The notes under the pieces: generated by a model
Database searches by the model: none
Told to the model about the DNA's origin: nothing
The model's input: only the letters and a program-made list of their open reading frames with translations
DNA from: Octopus sinensis
Taxonomy: Eukaryota
Assembly (NCBI RefSeq): GCF_006345805.1
Contig: NC_042998.1
Span: 13,144,001-13,208,000, forward strand
Direction of reading: 5' to 3'
Length of the DNA stretch: 64,000 nucleotides
Shown here: positions 39,192 to 52,623 of the stretch, one piece after another
How the letters are laid out: the number at the start of each line of letters is the position of its first letter
How positions within the stretch are numbered: the first letter of the stretch is position 1
Position numbers and translations under genes: made by a program

Positions 39192-39869
39192 CTTCAGTAA
39201 TGTAGTAAGGTGTATATTGCATGCCATATTTGGAGATAATCTACTTAAGTATTCTTTATGAATTTACGTAAATTTCGAAACATTGCAGTCATGCCAACAA
39301 AAGTAGATTTTAATTTAAACGTAGGCATCATGCAGAAGTATCAAAATTAATGTTTGAATGTCACCCGTCGTTAAGAAAATAAATTATTTTGTTACAATTC
39401 TGAAAAGACAATCCTTTTGATAAGATGACAAAAGAATATCTTTGTACACGTATACTTAACATAGAATATATGAATGCTGTCGTGAAACAAATCCATGTCG
39501 TAATATCAAAATTACTGTTAAGTAATAATTCCAGTGTGCCAATAAATTCACATGAACATAAGTTGTACACTGATTTGTAAATCAATCCAAATCCTGTATT
39601 GTTATCGTCGTGACATATGAAATTGTCTTTTCTTTTACATGCATGCGTGTATGTGTGCGTGTGTGTGTGTGCTTGTGTGTGTGTGAAGTGGTTTAACATT
39701 CGGCAGCATACTTCAGGTCTGCTTTTTTCATCCTATAGGACAGGGACAAGAAATGATAGCCTCAACGAATCCCATTTCACTCTATCCTAGCTTGCTTAAT
39801 ACAACCAGTTTAGAAGCCGATAACTGGGTCAGAAAAAGGGAAGAGAAATTTTCGAAAAATTTTGAATAA

Positions 39870-42208
39870 CACTGGTCAACAAAATTAAATATATTATATT
39901 CATTATGAATGCAAGCCAACATTTTAAACTAATTTTTCATACTGATTTTAAACTTTCACTTCATTTGTATGCAGCACGTATTAGCTTTTCAGTAGCTGCA
40001 TGTAAATATTTATATATTTGTATATATGAAATCATTAACGTAATAAATAATGACATATTATTTTTAGAAAATAAATGAGTTTATTAAGTTAATAATCATC
40101 CTTATTATTCTACAAAGTGTGAATACTCAAAAAATGGGTCAGGCAAATCAGACCAAGTTAGAAAAACAGTTAGAAACATTGTGATTTGGATTTCCTGCGG
40201 TGTTCCTGATCTGGTAGAATACGGTAAAGTGTTCAGCAGTAGTCAGTCAGCATACTGTCATTCCATAAGCCTTCACCATCTTCTTCATACACTGCTCCAA
40301 ATTTATCTGCAAAGAAATACAGATGGGTATCCAAGAATTGAACTTTCAATGACATGCAACTACGCATTGGTGAGTAAAATTTCAGAAGATTCTTGATGCC
40401 ATTCTTGTACTTGTAGTCCATCGCATTCTTGTTGCCCAGAAATTCTCACAGATCCAACTGAAAGCATTCCAGACAGGCAGTTCCAGTTCATCCAGTGATG
40501 TCTTGAAGTGGACATCTTTGAATACTTCTCTAATTTGCGGTCCGACAAAGATACCCTCTTTCAACTTCGCCTGTGTGACTTTCGAAAACATTTCTACAAT
40601 ATGCTCAAAGCCTCTGGCTTTTCCCTTCCCTAGTGTCTTTACAAACTGTTTCATCACTCTAAGTGTAATGTGCAAAGGAAGCAATAGGATATTACATGGG
40701 GCTACAAAAGGTGTATTCTTGACGCTAGACTGTCCTGACTGGTATGATGTTCTTGTTTGCCAGTTTGATTCCGAATAATGTCTATCAATTGCCTGACTAT
40801 CCCACAGACACAAGAAACAACAGTATTTTGCGAAAACTGACTGCATTCCCATTAACATTCCAGTGACTTTTAAATCTGCACATATTCTCTATGAGTATCT
40901 TTCATAGGCAATGGCTTGAAGTAAAAGTTCCATATTCTCATATGATTCTCAAAGATGAATGGAGTGTAAGTTAGGAATGGAAGGTTTCAAATTACCATTA
41001 CGGAGAAGTACAGCTTTTAATCCTCGTTTTGAAGAGTCAATAACCAAACGCATCTCTGCAGAATCATATTCTTGTGATAAACATTCGAAAAGTCCATCGA
41101 TGTTACTGCAAAATCAAAGCGGATCTTCAACAGAAATCCACGTTTGTAGAACCGTATTTCACTGCCGAAAATAAGTTATACGAACACTATGCTGTAGCAG
41201 ATACTTCTCTTTCAGTCTTGATACCAACAGTTCTGCTTTATCTTTAGAGAGAGATAGGTCTCTGACAAGGTCATTAATTTCGTGAAAATTTCTGAGGTTC
41301 AAAGCTATCGTCATCAGCCACGTGATCTTCCTCAGCAGCACTATCGTGGCAGTCATCATCATCATCTGATAAGTTCAATACCATCGTCTGGTGGAACTTG
41401 AGTTAGGAGACTTCGATTGTGAGGCACAGGTCTCATAACTGAATCGAAATTGGGGTACACAATTTTGTGTTTCTTCTTCATAGAAAATCCCGTGGCATTT
41501 ATTTTGCAAAAATAACAGTCATTAAAATTGTTTTTTGCCTCCCTCCATAACATTGGAATAACAAACGGCATGGACTTCTTATTATTGAGCCAGTCATATA
41601 AACCATTTGAACTAGCGGAGCAGATAAAATGTGCTGCCCATAATTTGTCCTGATCGCCGAGAGGAGAGACAAAGTATAACTTGTAAATCTACTTGATCTC
41701 TGGTATAATTATATATTTTTGAGCTTTCGCAATAAATTGTCCACAGGTATAACACAACACCAGGACGATTTTTACACTGTCTTGACATTGTTAACATGGT
41801 AAAACAAGTAAGTAAATAGATACAAACGGTTATACTTATATTGAATTTGAGATGATGAAATATTTCACAGGTCGATCATGTCTGGACAATTTGAGGTGTA
41901 GAAATACCTATTTCATAAGACAAAACTTAAGTTGTTAATTTACGATGATGAAATATTGCAACTGAACTATGTACCAATGAATAATGTAGTTTATTTTAAA
42001 GGTATGTTTCCATGATATAAGTAAAATACATGCATGCTTGTCATAAATTGTAGTTTTCTATATAATGCAAGAGCTAAAACCAAAACGTATTCTCTTCTTG
42101 AAAGCTGTACATGATGTTAAAAAGTAATTGTATATTTGAAATCAGCATTAAAATCTACACTAATTACACCTTGGCATATGCTTGATAAAACATATTAATG
42201 GACCAGTG
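39870..42208 (-). mobile_element. Chapaev3-like (CMC superfamily) DNA transposon, full length but frameshifted
   Basis: Termini CACTGGTC / GACCAGTG flanked by a TAA duplication (39867-39869, 42209-42211). Transposase fragments MSRQCKNRP, MPFVIPMLWRE..DCYFC, NDLVRDLSLSK..AELL.SRL, FIDSSKRGLKAVLL, KYCCFLCLWDS, LPLHI, LKEGIFVGPQIRE and MSLKVQFLDTHL. Confidence 0.85.
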
Positions 42209-43410
42209 TAATTTTTGATAGTTGAATATGCGTATACAGTGTTATAAAAATACAAAATAGAAACAGCGGCAGTAACAAACGCACGACGAACCAACAATTA
42301 TTTACGAAACAACACACTAATTCGAACAGTAAACTGTACCTGGACTTCGAAGACCAAACTACGAATTACCGACTACATCAGACCGCTACTGTTTATATAT
42401 AGTGGTCCAATCTATTCTCATCAGAGGCTGTCGTACGCTCACCACAACACAATCATAGGCATAGATCGCACTGGTCAACGGCTAGTAAAATCCGGTCAAG
42501 GCAACTCGTGAATAGCAACGGTAGCAACAGCAGCAGAAGAAGCAGCAGTAGCAGCAGTAGCAGCAGCAGCTCTGTAGCCCGTTGACCTGACAATTTACTG
42601 CTGGAAAGACAAGGCTGCATTAGTTTTGAAGGTAACATAAGCTATCGTTAAGCGTGTTCCAATTTGATAGACTCAAGAGAAATGTATAGATCAGTACCCG
42701 TTCCTTTATATAACATTAGTGGATTATATAAATCCATCAGACATAGATAAAAAATATAATTTTTATTTCCGTAGTGATCTTGCGTAATCCTTTTGTTTAC
42801 TCACGGTAGGGTATATACTGCACTAAATTATGATGGCATGTTGGCTAGTATTAGGAGAAACTAAGAGTTGTATGTATTATTTTCTCTTATAATAGTGATA
42901 AATCCTTTGTGTCATAGCGTCTGCTCTTTCTAATATCCTATTTTGTGCAGCGCTGCAAGAGACTTTAGGACAATATCTGCCTGAAATTAATATTACGTTC
43001 AGATATGTGAGAAAATTTCATGAAGTTCGCGGATTGCAAGGAAACAAAAAATATTAGACAAATGAGTATCTATGAATCATAACACAAATGATTTCAATAA
43101 ATTATTTCAATATCAACACTACAGAAACCGTAGCAGTAAGTGAACCTATCGTAACGGATGCACAGTGGAGTGAAATTAAGGGGATTTTTCCGGAATATGG
43201 TGGAAACATTTGTCTATCTTGGAAGTTAAGTTCTCTGGCCTCAAGTAGCTACATGAGACCTGAAATGACACCACGCAATAGCAACGTTTGGATTTCGGAA
43301 AAGTGTTGTACAGAGGGTTTGAGAAGCCAGTCTTTTGCATAGATATCAAAATACAATATATTTATCACCAAATATCTACAGTGTTGCTATAACATGGACA
43401 GAATGCCACT

Positions 43411-43632
43411 TGGCGGTGAGCTGGCAGAAACGTTAGCACGCCGGGCGAAATGCGTAGCCGCATTCCGTCTGTCGTTACGTTCTGAGTTCAAATTCCGCCG
43501 ACGTCGACTTTGCCTTTCATCCTTTCGGGGTCGATAAATTAAGTACCAGTTACGCACTGGGGTCAATATAATCGACTTAATCCCTTTGTCTGTCCCCTCT
43601 ATGTTTAGCCCCTTGTGGGCCATAAAGAAATA
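43411..43632 (+). mobile_element. tRNA-derived SINE family B, full length
   Basis: TGGCGGTGAGCTGGCAGAAACGTTAGC...GAGTTCAAATTCCGCC...TTTAGCCCCTTGTGGG. Confidence 0.85.
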
Positions 43633-44452
43633 TATCATGATAAAGATCTTCATATTTTTCATATGTCCTGTATAACAGAAGGTCTAAACACAAAGTGGTA
43701 GGAAAAATTTAATATACATTCCAATGCATCCAGAATGATTTTATTGCTAATCAAATCCAGCGTCGTCGAGCCTAATACAATCACTTCTGAGATTTAAAAT
43801 CCCAGAAAATAGTTAAATTAAACTACCCATATTTGGAAATATTTCGGATACGAATTTGACAATAGCGACATCAAATGTTTTATCCCCATACATTCAGTAT
43901 ACTTGAGAATCCAAATTTATAACTAGGGTAGTATCACTATGTGTACCACCAAAATCATATATGTGCTATTGAAAAAATGTGTATGTGTGAAGATTTGACA
44001 AGAAAAGGATTTCATATTCTCAGAAAACACATTACCAACAAATTCAAATGTAGAGAGGTTTTACTATATCTTCAATGGAACAAGAAAAGGCGAAAGAGTC
44101 ACTGACATACCGGAAGAAAGAATTTTAGCCTCTCATAAAACCTATAATTTTTGAGGTTGCAGTGTATATAATGTATTTGTTTTAGATTTCTGCGCACAAT
44201 TATTTTACTTAAAGAACCATCATTAAATTTCATATTTTACCTGCATTTAATGTTTTTTTTGTGTGGTGGGGGTGGCGAAGGAGAAAAGAGCGCACGCAAT
44301 TTAATTTATCTCAGCAGTTGATGGTAATTTATTTTATGAATCCTTGCAGGATTCGGCCCAATAGAATTTGGACTCAGAATATAAATAAATGCAATTTACC
44401 CTGCAGGGCATTTTTGTTCTCATATCAACTCACATAGTAGTGATAATAACAA

Positions 44453-44454
<2 letters not shown>

Positions 44455-44525
<71 letters not shown>

Positions 44526-44535
44526 GATGATGATG
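44455..44535. repeat. (AAT)n microsatellite
   Basis: Directly visible. Confidence 0.95.
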
Positions 44536-46007
44536 ATAAGGTTCGATGATGAGCTCTAATTAGGAAACCAGTAGGAATGTTTGGTGACCGTACACTTCAT
44601 GCACGCAACTCCAATATATTGCTGACTGTTAATTGATCTATAATGTAAGAATCAAAGACTAAATTTACCCTGGTCACAAATGCTGTCGGAGCATGAATTT
44701 TGCTACTAAATACACCAAGGGGATTTGTCCACTAATATACCAATTCTGGCTTTCATATTTTAAATCAATACGGTACAAATTGAAAGAAACACATCATGTA
44801 AATGAGACACACTTATTGATGCCCGGTTATGCATTGAAATCATGAAGTAACACTAATGATGTGACGGTAATGATAATAACAATAGCAATAAAAATCAATG
44901 GTAAATAAAAAATGATGATAAAAAAATACGACAAAAATAATTTACAGAAACGAATACAAGAAAATAAGCACAAAAAAAAAACGAGAAAATTAATTCAGAG
45001 TTTATTATTAATTTCAAAACCACAATCCTGATTACATTCGGCCTGGATCAAATGTGCTTTGAAAATATTTGCTCAAAATAATTAGGTGCGAAGAAGATCA
45101 ATAAAAACGAAAGATAAAAATTGAGTTGTGAAGAGATTGAGGATAAAAAGAAGGGAATGTGGTTGTAAAAACGTGTGAGAGAAGAGATATAGGAAAATAT
45201 TTTCTTTTTCAGCATTGATGTGTAAATCTCAAAGGATATTTAAAATTACAAATACAATTATGTCGACAGTATTGCATGGAAATTACTGTGAACATATTTT
45301 TTTAATGTTTTATTTGGAATTGGTTAATAATTTTACAATTTATTTTGTAAGTTTTATCATTCAACATATAAGTTTATAATACAAATATTTTTCGAAGTAG
45401 GAACAAGCCCAATTGAGGAATGTTTATTGCTTATCTATCAATATTGACAACAACGAATGCTTATGTGTCTGTTTGTATTAGTGATTTATTCAAACGATCA
45501 AAAAAAAAAACTAACATAAGATTTTCTATAGTACTGACTGGTACCTTTTATCGGCAAAAATGTAATAATGGTATAACTATGGAACATTCAAAGAATGTTT
45601 AATGCGAGAGAACAGTCTTCTTATCGGTACACACAGAAACACACAGACTCACACATATACACACAGAGACACAGAGACACACACACAGACACACACAAAC
45701 ACAAAGACACACACACATGCACACAGAGACACACAGACAGACACACATACACATAGAGACACAGGGACACACACACGAATCATGCAGGCACATCACATAC
45801 ACGCACATATCAACACAAACATGCGCGCACACATACACACACGTACATAAATGTATTTATACATAATATATATGCAAATACACATGTAATATTTATGTAA
45901 ATACACACAAACACACACACATACACACAAAGCATACATGTATGCAGACATACATACATTCATACATACATATATGCACACACACACACACATATATATA
46001 TATATAC

Positions 46008-46416
46008 ACTTTTACACTCTTACTTGTTTCAGTCATTTGACTGTGGCCATGCTGGAGCACCGCCTTTTAATCGAGCAACTCGACCCCGGGACTTATTTTT
46101 TGTAAACCCAGTACTTATTCTATCGGTCTCTTTTGCCGAATCGCTAAGTTACGGGGACGTAAACACACCAGTATTGGTTGTCAAGCAATGCTAGGGGGAC
46201 AAACACAGACACAAACATACACGCACATATATATATATATATATATATACATATATACGACGGGCTTCTTTCAATTTCTGTCTACCAAATCCACTCACAA
46301 GGTTTTGGCCGGCCCGAGGCTATAGTAGAAGACACTTGCCCAAGGTGCTATGCAGTGGGAATGAACCCGGAACCATATGGTTGGTAAGCAAGCTACTTAC
46401 CACACAGCCACTCCTA
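46008..46416 (-). mobile_element. tRNA-derived SINE family A, full length
   Basis: Reverse complement of 19781-20276. Confidence 0.9.
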
Positions 46417-47085
46417 GGCAAGGGGCTTGGCAAAATGTGACGTACATACATACATCCAGACATACATACATACATACATACATACATACATACATACATA
46501 CATACAGATAGACAGACAAACAAAATTAATACCACTACGACATGAATTTGCTTATTAAATTAAAAAACAATAAATCTTGAAACTTTCGGCAGATATATGT
46601 TTATTTGAAATCGTCGTTAAATGGGAAACGAAATTGATACAATATTTCCAGAAATAATGCATTGTGATATTTCGGGACATAATGTAGGAGAACAGAGATC
46701 CGTTCATGACTATATCACATTTATAGAAACAGAAAATTTTTAAAAAATACGACCATCTTACTTTGATAGCCATTTTAATCAATCATATGTGTTGGTTATA
46801 TACAAATTGCGACTACTACGGAATAGCACATATTTTAATATAAATGTGTGTGTGTGTGTGTGCGTGTGCGCGTATATATAGTGAGAATTTACAAAAAAAT
46901 AACAAAAGATGAAGACGGGTGTGTAAACAACAAACAGATGTATTAGTTTAACGCTCGGGAAGTGAGATTCTTCCACGTTATTATATAACATATATCGCAA
47001 TATAAATTCGTATATATATATATAAGTGAGTATGTGTGTGTGTATGCATATGTGTGTGTATATATGTATAGGTAGAGATAGATAA

Positions 47086-47428
47086 GCGCAGGTGTGACTT
47101 ATAAACCACGTGGTTCCAGGTTCTGTTCCACCACGTGGAACCTTACGTGGGTACTATTTTAACTTTGGCTCGACTAAAGCCTTGCGAGTGGATTTGGTAG
47201 ACGAAAACTGAAAGAAACCCTTCGTACATGTATATCAGTATGTGTATCTTTTTGTAGGCGTTTTTCCCCATCACCAGTGTTGGTTTCTTTATTTAGCAGT
47301 TCGGTAAAATATACTAATAGAATAAGTACAAGGTTTAAAAAGTAAGACTCGAGGTCGACGTCTTCGCTCAAATCCCTAGAAGACAGTCCCTCACGTTAAC
47401 CGCAGTCAAATGACTGAAACAAATAGAA
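47086..47428 (+). mobile_element. Diverged SINE family A copy
   Basis: AAAGCCTTGCGAGTGGATTTGGTAGACGAAAACTGAAAGAA...CAGTCAAATGACTGAAACAA. Confidence 0.75.
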
Positions 47429-47462
47429 GAAAAAAGTATATTCATAGATATTAACATGTATA

Positions 47463-47935
47463 AACTTAGATATGTTTCGACCAAAGATTGGTCCAGGCCA
47501 TGTCTAAGTTAATAGCACCACCTGATAGGATTGCTCGTATCCTGTTGAAGTCAAGTTTTGTTCAAGTAGTGAGTTCTTGTTGGGTGAGTTGTATCAAGTT
47601 TTATTCAAGTAGTGAGTTCTTGTTGGGTGAGTTGTATCAAGTTTTGTTCAAGTAGTGAGTTCCTGTTGGGTGAGTTGTATCCAATTATGGGTGGCTTATC
47701 TAGTATTCTTTGAAGGAATCTATCCAGACTCCGTTTAAAATTGAGGGGATCCTTTTCCTCTTTGATCTCCCTCGGGACAATGTTAAATAGGGCAGGGCCT
47801 GTTGAGGAAAAGAAATTATGTTGCAGTGTACATGTATGTTGTGATCTTGAATTGGGCAGGGGACGTATGACCCGTGGTCCCAGTCTTGGATGAACCTTGA
47901 AGCTAATGTTAAGGTCGTTTGGGCATATAAATTTC
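47463..47935 (-). mobile_element. 3' end of a CR1/L2-group LINE, with a second diverged tail at ~47990-48230
   Basis: FKVHPRLGPRVIRPLP...HNFFSSTGPALFNIVPREIKEEKDPLNFKRSLDRFLQRILDKPPIIGY. The 3' UTR is repeated at 48000-48050. Confidence 0.85.
47551..47679. repeat. 43-bp tandem repeat, 3 copies
   Basis: TCAAGTTTT(G/A)TTCAAGTAGTGAGTTC(T/C)TGTTGGGTGAGTTGTA three times, no spacers. Confidence 0.95.
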
Positions 47936-50548
47936 ATATGAATTAAAACTCATATAAAACTCATATAAATTAAATAACTTATATAAGTAATCAGCCAAAG
48001 TTCGGACCAGACCATATCTAACTTAATAACACCAACTGATAAGAACCGTGAAGTCATTTTAAAGTCAAGTTTGTGGTATCATGGCTCATCCAAGTAATGA
48101 GTTGTTGACTGAGATGTATCCAGGTTTAGCTGGTTTATCTGGAATCCCTTGAAGAAATCTTTCCAGATTTCGTTTGAAGGTGATGGGAATGTTTCTTCGT
48201 TGATTTGTTTTGGGATAATAGGCTCTGCTGGATTGAGGAAAGGAAATTGAGGAAAGTAAATTTATGTGCTATGAACCTGAATAACGTATGATACGTGGTT
48301 CAGGATCGACTTCTAAAAATCAGTAAGATGTTACAGAGGGTTTCATGTTATAAATACTGAAAAATATTGCAACTATATCTCACGCCACACAAACAACATC
48401 ATGGGCTTGTGCTCTCAACAGCAATACGCAGCTTCAGTATCATGCAGGTGGATAAGTTCTGAGATATTTCCATTCTCCCCCGATTTGATATGTCCCATAA
48501 AGCATCTATCTCTGCTGTGTGATTAACTTTGAGGTGGTTGTTGCAACTCTCCACGAAAACACAAATTAACAGTCACCACTAATGCAGCACTTGTGGAACT
48601 TGATCTAACAGAACACGGTATATATATCCTAAATATATAAATGAACACCATGTCACAAATGAGACTTGGGGAGTAACTCAATGCGTTGGTTTCCTTTTTG
48701 AGAAGGATCTTTATGTTCCTGAACAGCCACACTTTAGTTTCAGTTTCTATCTCTGCTCGTATATCTTCGAGTTTACATCCTATCATAATGTATACTACTG
48801 TTTCTAATTGTTGGACACTAGTCGACACACATGAGTATAATACTGCTTTCTGGGCAGATGATCCAAACTGTTCAGTTGTGATAACAGCCTGGGTTCTCTT
48901 GCCGTTTACTTACACATGGTCTGCCGCCTGTTTAAGGCATTCCTCCTAGTTGCTTAGATAGAACGAGAAGTATTTTATTCATTTCATCCTCAAGCCAGCA
49001 AAATATCAACTGCCATTGGAGTTGATTGCATAACGCACTTTGCCATTTTCATTGTTGTTATTATCGCTCTTGTGGTTGTTGTGGCTTTGATTGTTGTTGT
49101 ATCATTGGAAGAAGAAGGTGAGAGTGGAGAGGGAGGTATTCCCTTCAAGCATGTTTAACGAAAGATGGATGAGAGCGACATGACTTGTGAGGCTGAATGA
49201 GTGTAAACTGATTATGTTTTTCTTGGTAGATAACTAGGTAGAAAACTCTTGAAGACAAATGAGTAATAATGGGTCTCTTGTGAGTCTTTTTTCTCTGAAT
49301 TATTCCATGGGGCTTTCCTGAATATTTATCTTTCTGTATTTCATTGAACAACTTTTTTGCTGTTTCCGTTTTGTTGTTGTTTCTACACATCATCGATGTA
49401 ACCCTACCGGTTTATGTACTGTAGTACACCTTGTGATGCTCTTCTCAGTGTCTTGAGCATTTTTGGTTATATGTACCTTTTAGATTTTTTTGAAACTGCT
49501 AGTCTGTCTCACAATAGTCTGTTTCACATACACACGTATTTCTACGCCGTGAGTACTCCATCTTTTACTCATCTCCCTACTTCTCCTCCTCCGCCTTAAT
49601 ATTCTCTCTCTCACGTTTACCTTTAACCAAGCAATCAACGTCGACATCGTAGGTCAAATCTGACTAAAACACCGATTTACTCTTTTTACGCTCTCTCTGC
49701 ACTATGTAGAGCATTACTGGAGAAATCATTCAACAAACTTTCTTATTCGTTGGCTATTATTGTGTAGAGACGTTTCTCTAATTTCTTCTTCACCAATTGA
49801 AGGCAAACATATTTATCGCATTCTGAGAGATGCGATTAACAGATTTCTTATATAAACCCACAAATATATATTTTCGTGTGATATGAAATAATACATTGTT
49901 TCTCAATACGGCATTTGCGGTCACAGAGAAGATTGCACAAAATAAATATTATACTTGAAATGATTTTAAGCTCATTTCAAGGTGATATTCGATATTTTAC
50001 GCTTATTATACAGGAAGTGAGTACTTATTTTAAGCAAATACATACAACTCTGTTAATACAATAGGTTTTGTCAATAGAGATGATCAAATATCTCCCGACT
50101 GAAGTGGAGCACAATTTAAGTCCACGAAATTTATTTATATCTCTTTACTGAAAATTTATAATAATTCATTATTAATATCCCAATAAAATACCATAAACGC
50201 TAAAATGCGAGTTAATTTGAAACGATAATATACTGAAGTGAAATTTGTCAATAATTATCTAGCTCCTATCGAGTTAATTCTTATCATTAACACCCGCAGA
50301 AAATAATTGACGCATAAGGAAAAGTACATATCATAAATGTATTGAATTTCAGCTTCTTGCTTCTTTTGAAGACAAACGTGCTAATAGCTACTGCATACAA
50401 TATCTCAGATTTTATTAGAATTACTTCTTTACGCGGAATGCGTGTCATTAGTATATCTATAGCAATCAAACTAATTTTCAAATCGGAAATTATTTAAATA
50501 CATTTGCCTACACAATATATATCGATGAGTACGACATTCCTAATTCTT

Positions 50549-50644
50549 AAATTATTTTACCTTTCATATGCAAAATTATTGTACCTCTCATGTGTAAAAT
50601 TATTTTACCTTTCATATGTAAAATTATTTTACCTTTCATGTGTA
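50549..50644. repeat. 24-bp minisatellite, 4 copies
   Basis: AAATTATT(T/G)TACCT(T/C)TCAT(A/G)TG(C/T)A. Units alternate CATATG and CATGTG. Confidence 0.9.
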
Positions 50645-51337
50645 TCCTTTGATAAACACCACTATAATGCCTTATTTTCCGTTGGCATAAATCTTAGGAT
50701 CCGGTCCGTTGCAAATTTCAGTCAGAAAGATACAGTGATACCGATGAGAAATCAATCCTTAGAGAATTGTTGTGTTATGCGAATATTTAAAAGGAATATA
50801 ATTTGAACAGATCTTAATAGTGTGTCGAAAATGCACATATGACAGAAGTGTATTCATATATTTACGGTTGTTCCAACGGAAACTTCGTATTATCGGACAT
50901 CGTATATATGTGAAATCAATGACAAGAATATTGTTTTAATTCAATATATATCTGAGTGGAAGTTAGCCATATATTACGAATGGAATAAAGGCAATTTACT
51001 TGCACTAACATTATCCAACATTTTGTTTTTATCATTGCTTCATTTGCGTATATGTTTTTGTTTTCAAAACACTGCATATAAGTAACTGAGTTTGATAAAA
51101 AAAAAATCTATCAGTCTTCTCCGAATTAAATCCTTATTGATAATTGGCATAATGTATTGTGGACAGCGTCATATTTTATTTACTTCTCCATTTTAGTAAA
51201 CTTACGTTTGCACACAGATTGATCTGCATTAAAACACAAATACACACGAATAATTATGTATATATATTTTGTCATTCTTTCACACACACACACACACACA
51301 AACAGACACATATATATATATATATACATATATACAT

Positions 51338-51373
<36 letters not shown>

Positions 51374-51388
51374 GTATGTATATATATA

Positions 51389-51434
<46 letters not shown>

Positions 51435-52127
51435 ATATAATATATATATATATACACACATATAAATATGTACTCGTGTGCGTATCAAAGCATCTATTTG
51501 TATAATGTGTCCGTTTTATTAGATATTTATATTGAATATAGAGCTAGCACGTCTAGATACGTAATTTTATGGTTGATGTAGCATCTTCCAGAATACCTAT
51601 AATTCATTGATCACTTCATCACAGTCAGCGATTAAATATAAATCTATACTCGACAGCAAAACCAATTCAGCATTCAATATCGAAATTAAATATATTTTAG
51701 ATAGTTTCAAACTAAAATTATTCAGTTTCCTGGTCAGATGTAATATCTAACAATTTCTTTCTATATATATGAAATAACAATTTCATAAATTTAAATTTCG
51801 CCTGAGAACATGTATGATAAATCTTCAGATATCGTGTTAAAATTAGCTTTATAAAACTATTTCCTATTGATTTCGCATTAGTTTTTTTTTCAAACAACAT
51901 CTTTATTATACTTGCTTATAGTTATTTATAAAATATATTTAAAAAAACATACTCAGAGACACACATACACGCACACAGAAGCATACATGAACATGAACAT
52001 AAATGTGCATATGCGTGTGTATCCGTCTAGCCGTGTACACACACTCATATATATACGTGTATATATATATATATATATATAATATATATATATATTATAT
52101 ATATATATATACATACATATATATATG

Positions 52128-52214
<87 letters not shown>

Positions 52215-52550
52215 CATATACAAAAATAAATTAATGCATTATATGAGTGAACCATTATGAAGAAAAAGATCAAAACTGATTTTAGACCAACAGAACAGAT
52301 TTCATCAAGTCTTGTTTTGCTTTCGAACTGAATTTTCTTTGCGTTAACGAAAAAAAAAATTAAAATACTTTCTGTATTTGACGTAAAGGAAATTTTCTGG
52401 GAGAATTTCAAGACAACAATCTACTTTTAATAATTGACGTGGAAGTTTTCTCTTTCTACTTTTTAAAGTAATCTTTTATTTGTATCATTGAAATATTTCT
52501 GTATTGCGTGTATATCCTAATAAAAGAAATATCGAAAAACACAAATTTAC

Positions 52551-52623
52551 CGGAACTGTTAATCAATCATGTTGACAGAGGTAATCCGTTTGGGATTATT
52601 TGAATTATTAACGAAGTAAACAT
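52551..52623 (-). other. 73-nt exon-like block, copy 1 (identical to 56310-56382)
   Basis: Minus strand TTTCAG|ATGTTTAC...GTTCCG|GTAAAT. Identity with copy 2 ends just past the donor site. Confidence 0.45.

Noticed and set aside
42340-42430. Minus-strand CTGATGA hammerhead candidate
   Set aside because: Downstream motif is GAAG rather than GAAA and no consistent stems form.
43088-43342. TDAQWSEI resembling an IS5 transposase N-terminus
   Set aside because: Single short motif with no DDE domain or TIRs; probably chance.
47551-47679. CRISPR-like periodic repeat
   Set aside because: Contiguous 43-bp units with no unique spacers, inside a LINE tail, with no cas genes.
48230-49400. Possible LINE ORF1/APE relic on the minus strand
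   Set aside because: Composition suggests decayed coding DNA, but no motif could be identified with confidence.
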